The position numbers and the translations under genes are program-made. A stretch of DNA of 64,000 nt, taken from positions 32,608 through 96,607 of IMG/VR virus record IMGVR_UViG_3300020176_000008; one strand, 5' to 3'. The DNA is from a virus. The notes beneath the pieces were generated by a model. It made no database searches. It saw nothing but the letters and a program-made list of their open reading frames with translations, and was not told where the DNA came from. The first letter of the stretch is position 1. Each line of letters begins with the position of its first letter. This document shows positions 17,920 to 27,515 of this stretch, in pieces.

Positions 17920-18262
17920 CAGCGGTTGTGCATTCTTGCCATCTTTTGGTAAAGAAAATATTAAACCGGTAGAGATACAAACTAAGGCAGTCGATAAGAC
18001 TCCTCTCAACATTGATAATCCTTTACCTATAAATACTAATACAATCAAGTGGTTGATTGTAACACCTGACAATGTAAATGAAGCTTTTGCTAATTTAGAA
18101 GGCAATAAAGTATTATTCGCTATAACGGATGACGGTTATCAGGATCTATCGATGTTGATGGCAGAAATTAGAAATTTCATTAACGCTCAACGCGTTATAA
18201 TAATCAAGTATAAAGAATACTACGAGCCTAAAGCGGGGATTCAAGATGGCGTTGGAAACTGA
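17867..18262 (+). CDS. Outer-membrane spanin lipoprotein (Rz1-like)
   Basis: Signal peptide with lipobox SSG-C; Pro-rich; overlaps Rz-like gene. Confidence 0.65.
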   Translation: MALRLIRNVLLYSLVVTSSGCAFLPSFGKENIKPVEIQTKAVDKTPLNIDNPLPINTNTIKWLIVTPDNVNEAFANLEGNKVLFAITDDGYQDLSMLMAEIRNFINAQRVIIIKYKEYYEPKAGIQDGVGN

Positions 18263-18680
18263 ACTAGAAGTACTTAAGAGTGTGGTTGGAAAACTAGACT
18301 CCTCTTTAGAAAAGATATCTGAAGTATCCAATAGTATTGGGAAACTCCTAGCAGTCCATGACGAACGCCTAAATTCTTTAGAAAAGGTCAGTGACAAACG
18401 CGATCGTGAAATCGATGAATTACACTCACGTATCACCACGCAAACACGAGAAATCCTGGAAAAATTGGAATCCATGGAAAAGCGTATCGAAGAACGTATG
18501 AAGCACGCTGCAGTGGTATCAACACAACAACATAATGATATCAAAAATGAAATCCAAGGTGATATGAAAGAAATGGAAGATCGAATTCGTACACTAGAAA
18601 AATGGAAATGGTATATAATGGGTGCTGGAGCAGCCATTGGTTATGCCCTATCCAATCTGATACCCTTAATAAAACCTTAA
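18246..18680 (+). CDS. Coiled-coil protein with C-terminal TM helix (holin-like candidate)
   Basis: Heptads then LEKWKWYIMGAGAAIGYALS. Confidence 0.45.
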   Translation: MALETELEVLKSVVGKLDSSLEKISEVSNSIGKLLAVHDERLNSLEKVSDKRDREIDELHSRITTQTREILEKLESMEKRIEERMKHAAVVSTQQHNDIKNEIQGDMKEMEDRIRTLEKWKWYIMGAGAAIGYALSNLIPLIKP

Positions 18681-18706
18681 AAGTTTATTAAAGAAATATA
18701 TTTTTG

Positions 18707-18730
18707 AATGGGCTTGAAAAAGCCCATTTT
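18707..18730 (+). terminator. Probable terminator
   Basis: AATGGGCT-TGAAAA-AGCCCATT-TT. Confidence 0.6.
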
Positions 18731-18786
18731 CGTCACCAGTTGTCTATATATAGTAGACCACTTGAATACATTTATGGAGAAGCGCA

Positions 18787-19458
18787 GTGCAAGTACGTCT
18801 TATTTCTTATACAAAACCCTCACGTGAACTTATTGAAGAGGGATTATACGATGTTCAGGAACTAGTGGCATATTGTGCCCGTGTTTCTAACCCAGCAAAT
18901 CAGTTTAACACTGAAACCTCAGAAAAATTAATCGGATATCTAATCAAACATGCTCATTGGTCACCTCTTGAGATGGCAAATGCATGTATTGAAATTGATA
19001 CGACACGTGACATTGCTCACCAGATCGTAAGACATCGCTCTTTCTCGTTTCAAGAATTCTCACAGCGTTATGCTAATGTGGGAGAACTTGGTGATATGTT
19101 TACATTTCGTGAAGCTCGTTTACAAGATGCTAAGAATCGCCAAAATTCCGTAGAGACCGAAGACTCAGAATTGAAGCGTGAATGGATGATTCAGCAGAGA
19201 AAAGTTATTGAAGCCGCAGAGAGTGCTTATAAATGGGCAATCGATAACGGTGTTGCAAAAGAACAGGCTCGTGCAGTTCTACCAGAAGGTCTAACGAAAA
19301 CACGAGTATATATGAATGGTACTATTCGCAGCTGGATTCACTATATTCAGTTACGTGCAGCAAATGGTACACAAAAAGAACATATGGAAATTGCTAAGGC
19401 CTGTGCTAAGGTAATTGCCGATATTTTCCCGTTAACCAATACTCTTCTAGAAGAATAA
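18787..19458 (+). CDS. thyX: Flavin-dependent thymidylate synthase
   Basis: HWSPLE, RHRSFSFQEFSQRY, EQARAVLP. Confidence 0.95.
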   Translation: MQVRLISYTKPSRELIEEGLYDVQELVAYCARVSNPANQFNTETSEKLIGYLIKHAHWSPLEMANACIEIDTTRDIAHQIVRHRSFSFQEFSQRYANVGELGDMFTFREARLQDAKNRQNSVETEDSELKREWMIQQRKVIEAAESAYKWAIDNGVAKEQARAVLPEGLTKTRVYMNGTIRSWIHYIQLRAANGTQKEHMEIAKACAKVIADIFPLTNTLLEE

Positions 19459-19459
19459 T

Positions 19460-20020
19460 ATGGCACAACCTAAGTATAATAATACTGCAGACGACTTCGT
19501 TGGCATATATGATAATGCACTAGACGAAGCGGTTATAGAGCATTATGAAAAGATGTTTGCTGAATATGAAAATAGTCAAGGTTGGTATAGACCAGAAGAT
19601 AGACATATTAAAGATGATTTGTCTATCAGCCTAGATCGAAGTCAAGCTGAAGTATTCTTAAATAATTTTTGGCCTAAGTGGGATGATTATGCAAACCAGT
19701 ATTCTACATTAAAAGATTTTGGTCCGCCTATTGTACATGGAGTTAAAATTCAGCGCACTAGACCGGGAGAAGGGTATCATATTTGGCATACTGAGCAAGG
19801 TTCTATCGACTCTGGTAATAGATTCGGAGTCTTTCTTTGGTATATGAATGATGTTGAACAGGGCGGAGAGACTGAATTCTTATACTTAAAAAAGAGAATT
19901 CATGCTATTCGCAATAGATTGGTTATTTGGCCGGCGGGTTATACGCACACGCATAGGGGCAATCCACCACTTAGCAATGATAAGTATATAATCACCGGTT
20001 GGGTTGAATTTTCAAGATAA
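19460..20020 (+). CDS. 2OG-Fe(II) oxygenase
   Basis: YHIWHTE, YMNDVEQGGETEF, WPAGYTHTHRG, KYIITGW. Confidence 0.85.
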   Translation: MAQPKYNNTADDFVGIYDNALDEAVIEHYEKMFAEYENSQGWYRPEDRHIKDDLSISLDRSQAEVFLNNFWPKWDDYANQYSTLKDFGPPIVHGVKIQRTRPGEGYHIWHTEQGSIDSGNRFGVFLWYMNDVEQGGETEFLYLKKRIHAIRNRLVIWPAGYTHTHRGNPPLSNDKYIITGWVEFSR

Positions 20021-20022
20021 TA

Positions 20023-21834
20023 ATGGAGAAAAGCATGACGAATATTGTTCATGGAATTAAAGTAGATTACAGTAGAGATAGTCTGTTCGATAGTTTGGGT
20101 ATTACTCGCCTTAAAGAGTCATATATGAAAGAGGACGAAACTTCTCCTCAGGAAAGGTTTGCCTATGTTAGTTCGAAGTTTGGTAGCAATCCTGAGCATG
20201 CTCAGCGGTTGTATGATTATGCTAGCAAGCATTGGCTTAGCTATTCTACTCCTATTCTATCTTTCGGCCGTAGTAAGCGTGGCTTACCTATCTCATGTTT
20301 TCTCAATTACATCGAAGATACCGCCGAGGGCTTAGTAGAAAACTTGTCGGAAACGAACTGGCTTAGTATGCTAGGAGGCGGTGTTGGTGTAGGATTTGGC
20401 ATTCGTTCTGCTGATGATAAATCCACTGGAGTCATGCCACACCTTAAGATGTATGATGCATCATCTTTGGCATATCGTCAAGGCCGCACTCGTCGTGGAT
20501 CTTACGCTGCATATCTAGATATCGATCATCCAGACATTATCAACTTCTTGGAAATGCGTAAGCCAACAGGTGATCAGAACATGCGTTGTTTGAATATGCA
20601 CCATGGTATTAATATTCCAGATCGATTCATGGAAATTATTGAACGAGCCATGTTGGATGATAATGTGGATGACTCATGGGACTTAGTAGATCCAGCTTCC
20701 AATGAAGTTCGTGAAACAGTATCGGCAAAAGAACTATGGCAGCGTATCCTGGAAATGCGTATGCAGACAGGTGAACCGTATATCCACTTCATCGATGCAA
20801 GTAACCGTGCAATGCCGCAATGGTTAAAGGATCGAGGCCTACGCATTAATCAATCAAACTTGTGTTCTGAAATTATCCTACCAACCAATGAGAAACGTAC
20901 AGCTGTATGTTGCCTATCTTCATTGAACTTGGAACACTATGATGATTGGAAAAAGAACAAGATGTTCCTAAAAGACGTGGCAGAAATGCTCGATAACGTA
21001 TTGCAGTACTTCATTGATAATGCCCCTAAGCAAATTAAACGTGCAAAGTACTCTGCTATGCGTGAGCGTTCTATTGGTATCGGTGCATTAGGTTGGCATG
21101 CACTATTGCAAAAACAGAATCTACCATGGGAAAACCCAATGGCGGTTGGATTGAACAAGAAAATATTTTCACATGTGAGGAAGCACTTAGATGAGGCTAA
21201 TAAATTATTGGGGATGGAGAGAGGTGAAGCTCCAGATGCAGAGGGTACTGGTAATCGTTTTAGTCATCTCATGGCTATTGCTCCCAATGCTTCTTCTTCC
21301 ATTATCATGGGCAATACTAGCCCTTCTATTGAACCTTATCGCGCCAATGCTTATCGCCAAGACACTCTATCGGGTTCTTCGCTAAATAAGAATCGCCATC
21401 TAGATAAGATCATTCAAAAGGAAGCAGAAAATCATCCAGATGCTTGGGCTCAAGAACAGTGGTCTTCTATCATTGCTCATGATGGTTCAGTTCAGCATTT
21501 AGCATGGATGAACGATTGGGATAAAGATGTATATAAGACTGGTATGGAAATCAATCAGCAGTGGGTTATTCAACATGCAGCAGATCGCCAAGAATATATC
21601 GATCAAGCACAATCTTTGAATGTGTTCTTTAGACCTGACTCACATATTAAGTATATCCATGCAGTCCACTTCCAAGCTTGGAAGCAAGGTTTGAAGACTA
21701 TGTACTATTGTCGTTCTGATAAAATTGCAAAAGCTGATAGAGTTTCGAAACGTATTGAGCGAGAAGTCATTAATGAACTTGACTTGTCTGCATTAACCGG
21801 TGATGGTGATGTATGTATCGCTTGCGAAGGTTAA
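20023..21834 (+). CDS. nrdA: Ribonucleotide reductase class I alpha subunit
   Basis: PISCF, GGGVG, SNLCSE, AIAPNASSS, KTMYYCR, C-terminal CIACEG. Confidence 0.96.
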   Translation: MEKSMTNIVHGIKVDYSRDSLFDSLGITRLKESYMKEDETSPQERFAYVSSKFGSNPEHAQRLYDYASKHWLSYSTPILSFGRSKRGLPISCFLNYIEDTAEGLVENLSETNWLSMLGGGVGVGFGIRSADDKSTGVMPHLKMYDASSLAYRQGRTRRGSYAAYLDIDHPDIINFLEMRKPTGDQNMRCLNMHHGINIPDRFMEIIERAMLDDNVDDSWDLVDPASNEVRETVSAKELWQRILEMRMQTGEPYIHFIDASNRAMPQWLKDRGLRINQSNLCSEIILPTNEKRTAVCCLSSLNLEHYDDWKKNKMFLKDVAEMLDNVLQYFIDNAPKQIKRAKYSAMRERSIGIGALGWHALLQKQNLPWENPMAVGLNKKIFSHVRKHLDEANKLLGMERGEAPDAEGTGNRFSHLMAIAPNASSSIIMGNTSPSIEPYRANAYRQDTLSGSSLNKNRHLDKIIQKEAENHPDAWAQEQWSSIIAHDGSVQHLAWMNDWDKDVYKTGMEINQQWVIQHAADRQEYIDQAQSLNVFFRPDSHIKYIHAVHFQAWKQGLKTMYYCRSDKIAKADRVSKRIEREVINELDLSALTGDGDVCIACEG

Positions 21835-21989
21835 GGAAATTCTGGAGACTTTGGGCAAGAGCGATTGGTGAGAAATCAGGAAAGAACGTACAAGAAGCTG
21901 ATACCATCGCTCTAATTAGAACATTAATAATATTATGCTATGTTGTAACAAATATGTTCATCATGGCTGGTGTTATCAGACATTGGTAA
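21813..21989 (+). CDS. Small membrane protein (58 aa, not in ORF track)
   Basis: Read manually: MYRLRRLRKFWRLWARAIGEKSGKNVQEADTIALIRTLIILCYVVTNMFIMAGVIRHW; fills the gap exactly. Confidence 0.65.
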   Translation: MYRLRRLRKFWRLWARAIGEKSGKNVQEADTIALIRTLIILCYVVTNMFIMAGVIRHW

Positions 21990-21993
21990 AAAT

Positions 21994-22647
21994 ATGTTAG
22001 AAACTATATGTGACACAATGATGGAAGCGTACAAGCGCAATTGGATTACTAGTAGGGATGGAAACGTCTCTATCCGCCATCACGATCGAAATCATTTTTA
22101 TATTACACCAAGCGGTGTACGTAAACAAACACTACAGCCAGATCAATTTAAAAAGATCGATATTATCGCTGGTATCAATAGTGGAGTAGGTAGTGCGTCG
22201 TTATTATATTGTTGGCAAGAAGCCGAATATACTGATATTAGCAAGAACTTAAAACCTAGTGGAGAGATTCCTCTTCATTTTGGTTTACAGAAAGAATTAC
22301 CACAAGGTTTGGATGTTCGTGTAGTGATGCACTTTCATCCTACCTATTGTGTTGCAGCTATGCATGCTGGAATCGATTTATCGAATGTCTGCAAGGACTT
22401 TCCAGAGTTGAATAGATATACAAGAGTTGCAAAGAATGTACCAGATGTTCCACCTATTAGTCAAGAGTTGGCAGATAACTGTTTCGAAAACCTCGGACTT
22501 AATAGGAACGGAAATATTGAATATGATATAATTGGTATTAAAGGACACGGCGTCGTTGCCATTGATTCTTCGCCATGGCGTGCTTATGAGCACATAGAGA
22601 GATTAGAGCATATTTGTAAAATCGTATTAGCATCAGGAAAACTATAA
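21994..22647 (+). CDS. Class II aldolase/adducin family protein
   Basis: SRDGNVS, YITPSG, PSGEIPLH, HFHPTY, KGHGVV. Confidence 0.85.
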   Translation: MLETICDTMMEAYKRNWITSRDGNVSIRHHDRNHFYITPSGVRKQTLQPDQFKKIDIIAGINSGVGSASLLYCWQEAEYTDISKNLKPSGEIPLHFGLQKELPQGLDVRVVMHFHPTYCVAAMHAGIDLSNVCKDFPELNRYTRVAKNVPDVPPISQELADNCFENLGLNRNGNIEYDIIGIKGHGVVAIDSSPWRAYEHIERLEHICKIVLASGKL

Positions 22648-22907
22648 TGAAACTATTAAAATTCGAAGCATCATGGTGTCAACCATGTAAGCAATTGGGA
22701 GAAACTTTAAAGACGATGAACTTGCCATGGCCGGTTGAAGCAATCGATATCGATGAAGAAGAAAACCGTAATGAAGTTGTGAACCGTGGTGTTCGCAGTG
22801 TTCCTACTTTGATTCTGTTGGATAACAATAACAAAGTAATACGTCGCATTACTGGTAACGGTATGACTCGTTCACAACTACTAGAAGCTTTTGGCTTGAA
22901 AGAATAA
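22647..22907 (+). CDS. Thioredoxin/glutaredoxin-like protein
   Basis: WCQPC, VRSVPT; between nrdA and nrdB. Confidence 0.9.
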   Translation: MKLLKFEASWCQPCKQLGETLKTMNLPWPVEAIDIDEEENRNEVVNRGVRSVPTLILLDNNNKVIRRITGNGMTRSQLLEAFGLKE

Positions 22908-22908
22908 T

Positions 22909-23895
22909 ATGGTAAAATCTAAAACTAGACTCACGGACGAGCGTAATTACTTCAAACCATTTGCCTATCCTTGGGCATACGATGCGTGGTTGAAGCATGA
23001 ACAAGCACATTGGTTACATACAGAAGTTCCAATGATGGAAGATTCCAAAGATTGGAAAAAGAAACTAACTGCTGAAGAGAAGTTGTTCCTTACAAATATC
23101 TTTAGATTCTTCACGCAGGGAGATATCGATGTTGCTGGTGGTTATGTTAAAAACTATCTGCCGTACTTCCCACAGCCTGAAGTTCGTATGATGTTATCAG
23201 GTTTTGCCGCCCGTGAAGCACTACACATTGCTGCTTACTCTCACTTGATTGAAACCTTGGGAATGCCTGAGTCAACATATCAAGAATTCTTGGAATACCA
23301 AGAAATGAAAGACAAGCACGATTACGTGTTAGAGTTATCATCCAACAACGGTACGATTCAATCTACCGCTGAACATATTGCGGTATTCTCTGCCTTTACT
23401 GAAGGTATGCAATTATTCTCATCATTCATTATGTTATTGAACTTTCCTCGCCATGGTGTGATGAAGGGTATGGGTCAGATTGTCACGTGGTCTATTGTTG
23501 ATGAGACTATGCACGCAGAGTCAATGATCCAATTGTTTAAGACTTATGTTAAAGAAAATCCAGAGATTTGGAATGACCAACTCAAAGGTCGTATTTATTC
23601 CATTGCAGAAAAGATGGTTGAACTAGAAGATAAGTTCATCGATTTATCATTCGCAAGTAGTGATATGCGAGAGTTGAGTGCACACGATGTTAAGGAATAT
23701 ATCCGTTATATTGCTGACCGCCGTTTGATCTCCATGGGTATGAAAGGTATCTTCAAACGTAAGAAGAATCCATTGCCATGGGTTGAAGAAATGATTAACG
23801 CGCCAGTTCATGGCAACTTCTTTGAGAACCGTGTTACTGACTACGCAAAGGGAGCTTTGTCTGGTACATGGAATGATGTTTGGGGGAAAGCCTAA
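22909..23895 (+). CDS. nrdB: Ribonucleotide reductase class I beta subunit
   Basis: FFTQGD, EALHIAAY, EGMQLFSSF, DETMH, NFFE. Confidence 0.96.
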   Translation: MVKSKTRLTDERNYFKPFAYPWAYDAWLKHEQAHWLHTEVPMMEDSKDWKKKLTAEEKLFLTNIFRFFTQGDIDVAGGYVKNYLPYFPQPEVRMMLSGFAAREALHIAAYSHLIETLGMPESTYQEFLEYQEMKDKHDYVLELSSNNGTIQSTAEHIAVFSAFTEGMQLFSSFIMLLNFPRHGVMKGMGQIVTWSIVDETMHAESMIQLFKTYVKENPEIWNDQLKGRIYSIAEKMVELEDKFIDLSFASSDMRELSAHDVKEYIRYIADRRLISMGMKGIFKRKKNPLPWVEEMINAPVHGNFFENRVTDYAKGALSGTWNDVWGKA

Positions 23896-24059
23896 TGATA
23901 CGACATTTTGATTGTGATTCATGTGGAGCCCACGGCAAAATCACTTTTAAAGAGCAAAGCGGTATTGCAACCAGTGAGGTTGCGTACTGCCCGTTTTGTG
24001 GTGGAGACATTTATGAAGATGAACGTTATGACCAAGATGAGTCGGACTCAGAGGATTAA
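23895..24059 (+). CDS. Small zinc-ribbon protein with acidic tail (54 aa, not in ORF track)
   Basis: MIRHFDCDSCGAHG...AYCPFCGGDIYEDE...; TAATG overlap with nrdB. Confidence 0.7.
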   Translation: MIRHFDCDSCGAHGKITFKEQSGIATSEVAYCPFCGGDIYEDERYDQDESDSED

Positions 24060-24144
24060 GTTGATCATACATCGCCTCAATACTATTAGGGGGTTGATGA
24101 AACTCTTTGAATAAATACTATATCTAAACAAAAATGGGTATAGT

Positions 24145-24543
24145 ATGTGGTTATATAAAGATGTAGAATTTGATGAAGGCTTGATTGAAAAAAATATCGG
24201 ATTCGTTTATCTTATAGTCAATAAGACAACCAATCGGCGTTACATTGGAAAGAAGCTTTTTTGGTTTAGCAAGACTCGTCAAGTTAAAGGAAAAAAGAAG
24301 AAAGAAAAGGTACCGTCTGATTGGAAGACCTATTGGTCATCTTCGGATGATGTCAAGAAAGATGTTGCAGAACTTGGGGAAAATAATTTTACACGTGAAA
24401 TATTGCATCTTTGTATCAATAAAGGTACGATGACTTACCTAGAAGCTAAACTTCAATTTCATTATGAAGTATTAGAAAAACCAGCTGAATGGTATAACGG
24501 CCAAATTCAGTGCAGAATTCATAGGACTCACGTAAAGTTATGA
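24145..24543 (+). CDS. GIY-YIG family nuclease-like protein
   Basis: GFVYLIVNKTTNRRYIGKK...YWSSS. Confidence 0.75.
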   Translation: MWLYKDVEFDEGLIEKNIGFVYLIVNKTTNRRYIGKKLFWFSKTRQVKGKKKKEKVPSDWKTYWSSSDDVKKDVAELGENNFTREILHLCINKGTMTYLEAKLQFHYEVLEKPAEWYNGQIQCRIHRTHVKL

Positions 24544-25466
24544 CAACTCTACTTTTCTTGTCGGCTGTATCGTTATCAACGATTGCTGCATATTACGCCA
24601 TCATGGGGTTGATGGCAATCTTTTCTGGTGCTGCAATGTCCATAGCAATTATGGGCGGCGCATTGGAATTATCGAAGCTTGTTGTCGCTTCTTGGTTATA
24701 CAGAAACTGGAAAGAGACTTCAATTTTATTAAAAACTTATTTTGTCACAGCCATTATCGTATTGATGTGTTTGACCAGTATGGGAATCTTTGGATATCTT
24801 TCAAAGGCTCATAGTGATCAGGGAATGATTACTGGTGATGTTCTGTCTAAGATAGAACTGATTGACGGAAAAATTAAGTATCAAAGGGAGATTATTAATG
24901 ACGCTCGTGCAACGCTTGATCAACTGGATCAACAAATTGAAAAATACACCGAGCTCGGTGCCGTTACAAAAGGAGTTAAAGCAAGAGACTCCCAAAGAGA
25001 TGAACGAGCCGCAGCCTACAAAACCATCGAGGAAGCGCAAGCCAAAGTCAGTGAGTACACCAACCAGCGAATCCCCCTTGCCCAAGAAGCGCGCAAGGTC
25101 GAAGCGGAAATCGGACCAATCAGGTACATCGCAGCCTTAATTTACGGCGAACAGACTGATCCTAGCTTCTTAGAAAAGGCTGTACGTATTGTCACACTGA
25201 TGATCGTAGGAGTATTTGATCCATTAGCTGTACTGATGTTCATAGGATACAATCAGACGGTAATGCGGTCTAAAGAAAAAGAACAGTCTATTCCTGAAGT
25301 AGTTCAAACTACAACGGAACCGGAACCAGAGTCTATAGAACCAACTCTAGAGACTATTCTGGAACCGGTGTTAGTAGAAGAAAAAAAAACTAAAGATGCC
25401 GGCACTCGGTTAAAAATGAGTGAACGTATCCGATGTGGTGAAAACTTCAAAATCGAAAAATTATAA
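24540..25466 (+). CDS. Conserved multi-pass membrane protein with coiled coil
   Basis: Three N-terminal TM helices, GIFGYLSKAH, C-terminal VFDPLAV TM. Confidence 0.7.
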   Translation: MTTLLFLSAVSLSTIAAYYAIMGLMAIFSGAAMSIAIMGGALELSKLVVASWLYRNWKETSILLKTYFVTAIIVLMCLTSMGIFGYLSKAHSDQGMITGDVLSKIELIDGKIKYQREIINDARATLDQLDQQIEKYTELGAVTKGVKARDSQRDERAAAYKTIEEAQAKVSEYTNQRIPLAQEARKVEAEIGPIRYIAALIYGEQTDPSFLEKAVRIVTLMIVGVFDPLAVLMFIGYNQTVMRSKEKEQSIPEVVQTTTEPEPESIEPTLETILEPVLVEEKKTKDAGTRLKMSERIRCGENFKIEKL

Positions 25467-25513
25467 TTCTTTACTATGATACAATGATATCATGTTTGTT
25501 AATGAGGTGTGAT

Positions 25514-25741
25514 ATGGAAGGAGTACGACAAGTGCCTGCACTGTTTAAAGCAAAAGTAGCTACTACCGATGAAGCTACTATATCGGTCCAGATTGGATAT
25601 CGATTTGGATATATTGTATACTCGGATTTGGGATCCCTCAATCAACGTACATGTAGAATCTATCCCACTGAAGCTGTCGCAAAAGCTTCAAATGGAGATC
25701 AGAAGATTGTTAAAGTGAAAGTTGAGGTTATTAATGATTGA
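25514..25741 (+). CDS. Hypothetical protein
   Basis: GAGG RBS, overlaps next start. Confidence 0.5.
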   Translation: MEGVRQVPALFKAKVATTDEATISVQIGYRFGYIVYSDLGSLNQRTCRIYPTEAVAKASNGDQKIVKVKVEVIND

Positions 25742-26048
25742 TATTACTGAAAACGATAATATATTTGAAAATCGTCAAGAATTCTTAAAAACCCAAGAAT
25801 TCCGAGATTGGCTAAATGGATTACTAATGGAAGAAACACCTACATTAGTTACATTTACCAAAAAAGATGGTTCTACTCGTGTAATGAAATGTACTAAAAA
25901 TCTATCTAAGATTCCTGTTACTATGCATCCTTCCGGCGAAAAGGAAATTAAAGAAGGAAGTGCATTTCGTGTATTTGATTTGGAAAACAACGGTTGGCGT
26001 TCATTCAACGCCGAATCTGTAAAAACTATTGAATTTAATATTGGATAA
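25734..26048 (+). CDS. WYL-like SH3-fold protein
   Basis: VTFTKKDGSTRVMKCT...VFDLENNGWRSF. Confidence 0.75.
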   Translation: MIDITENDNIFENRQEFLKTQEFRDWLNGLLMEETPTLVTFTKKDGSTRVMKCTKNLSKIPVTMHPSGEKEIKEGSAFRVFDLENNGWRSFNAESVKTIEFNIG

Positions 26049-26051
26049 TAT

Positions 26052-26312
26052 ATGATTAGCTCACCCGCAGACCGCAAAAAAATTAAAGATGCCATGGAAG
26101 AAATCTCCAACTCGATGACTCGTGTTGATGCAGAAAAAGACTTCCAAAAAGAAGCAATTGCTGAATTAAATGATCAGTTTAAAATCTCTAAGAAAATCCT
26201 TTCTAAGATGGCACGTACATACCACAAACAGAATTTCCAGAATGAGCAACAGTCTCATGAGGAATTTGAGACCCTCTATACTGAGGTGGTGGAACTTAAA
26301 TCCGGGGAATAA
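26052..26312 (+). CDS. dsbA: Double-stranded DNA-binding protein
   Basis: KILSKMARTYHKQNF...EFETLY pattern. Confidence 0.7.
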   Translation: MISSPADRKKIKDAMEEISNSMTRVDAEKDFQKEAIAELNDQFKISKKILSKMARTYHKQNFQNEQQSHEEFETLYTEVVELKSGE

Positions 26313-26314
26313 AG

Positions 26315-26361
26315 TAATACTTTAGTACTATATGTACGAATATTCCCGATTAGTGTATAAT
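26315..26361 (+). promoter_or_regulatory. Early-type promoter with upstream palindrome
   Basis: TAATACTTTAGTACTA, TGTACG, 17 nt, TATAAT. Confidence 0.75.
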
Positions 26362-26401
26362 AGGTACCATACTGAGTACCTATTTTCATTTGGAGAACCA
26401 T

Positions 26402-27514
26402 ATGGCGTTGACTAAAAAAGAAGTTGCATTGAAGAACAAGCGCGAGAAACTTAAAGCCTTGGGCAATGGATACGGATCAGATGAACCTATTATTAACAAG
26501 GATGCTTACGTTGAATCGCTGATGAGTGCCTTGAATTTCTACAACGCATCAAATGACAACAAAGAAAAACGCCGTTGGTTTATGGAGTATGTCGGCAAGA
26601 AGGAAGCTGCAAAGTTTTCCAATGTTGCCAGCGATCTAGAATTCCGATCTGCCGGTACTATTGCACGTTTGAAAATGCGTGATCAGTACTTGGCGGATCG
26701 TGAACTCGACTATCTAGAGTCTGAAGTCAAGCGATTGAGCTCATTTATCCCCAAACGAGCAGTTGTTGTTGTGGATACGGCACCGGCAAAACCTGTAGTG
26801 ACTATTCAAGATCGAATGGCGGAAGCCGCTAGTTCGCACATTGCTGAATTCAATGCAATGATCGATGATTTCATTACATCTGATGAACAACCAAACTTCA
26901 GTGGATATCTAGAAGCTAACAACGTTAGTGCTCCTGTTGCAAAACTTATTCCAGCAGCCTTTGTTAACTTTTGGAATGAACTTCAAGATCTTATTGAAGG
27001 AACCGATAAGCAACTAGTTGAAGGTTACTCCAATATTAAAAAGGTCAAGATCAAAAAGATCTGTAAACTAATTGAAGAGATTGAAGGTGCATGCGCTCAA
27101 CGTGCTGTGGCTGCCAAATCAGCACGTAAACCACGTGCTCGTAAGGAGAAACCACCATCAGTCTTGGCTGCAAAAGTTAAGTTCATGAAGCAATTCGATG
27201 AATTATCTATCGTATCTGAGCGTCCAGAGAAAATCGTAGGTGCAAAAGAAGTATTAGTGTATAATACAAAGTATAAGAAAGCTATGGTGTACCGTGCTTT
27301 CGGTGATGGAGCATTAAGTGTGAAAGGTACCAGTATCGTTAACTATGATGTTGCGTCTTCTGGTTCTAAAACAATGCGCAAGCCGGAGCAAATCAAAGAC
27401 TTTGCCGCCATGACCAAGCGAACACTTGCATCAGCATTTAAGAGTCTAACGACTAAAGAAGCTGCAGTGAATGGTCGCTTGAATGAAGAATGTATTATTG
27501 TAAAGGTATTTTAA
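26402..27514 (+). CDS. Conserved T4-like hypothetical protein upstream of rnh
   Basis: VYNTKYKK...LSVKGTSI...KTMRKP...NGRLNEECII. Confidence 0.7.
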   Translation: MALTKKEVALKNKREKLKALGNGYGSDEPIINKDAYVESLMSALNFYNASNDNKEKRRWFMEYVGKKEAAKFSNVASDLEFRSAGTIARLKMRDQYLADRELDYLESEVKRLSSFIPKRAVVVVDTAPAKPVVTIQDRMAEAASSHIAEFNAMIDDFITSDEQPNFSGYLEANNVSAPVAKLIPAAFVNFWNELQDLIEGTDKQLVEGYSNIKKVKIKKICKLIEEIEGACAQRAVAAKSARKPRARKEKPPSVLAAKVKFMKQFDELSIVSERPEKIVGAKEVLVYNTKYKKAMVYRAFGDGALSVKGTSIVNYDVASSGSKTMRKPEQIKDFAAMTKRTLASAFKSLTTKEAAVNGRLNEECIIVKVF

Positions 27515-27515
27515 C

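Noticed and set aside
8168-18637. Many minus-strand ORFs of 60-163 aa (e.g. 8168, 10173, 11909, 18146)
   Set aside because: Fully nested opposite well-supported genes; no promoters or motifs
18787-23895. Introns or inteins in thyX, nrdA or nrdB
   Set aside because: Continuous ORFs of normal or compact length with no insertion signatures
23908-24114. Track ORF of 68 aa
   Set aside because: The alternative frame 23895..24059 is coupled to nrdB and has CxxC pairs
24145-24543. Mobile homing endonuclease element
   Set aside because: Short stand-alone GIY-YIG domain without a DNA-binding extension, not inside an intron
25381-25389. A9 run as a programmed frameshift or assembly error
   Set aside because: The ORF continues to a plausible stop and alternative frames give no recognisable product
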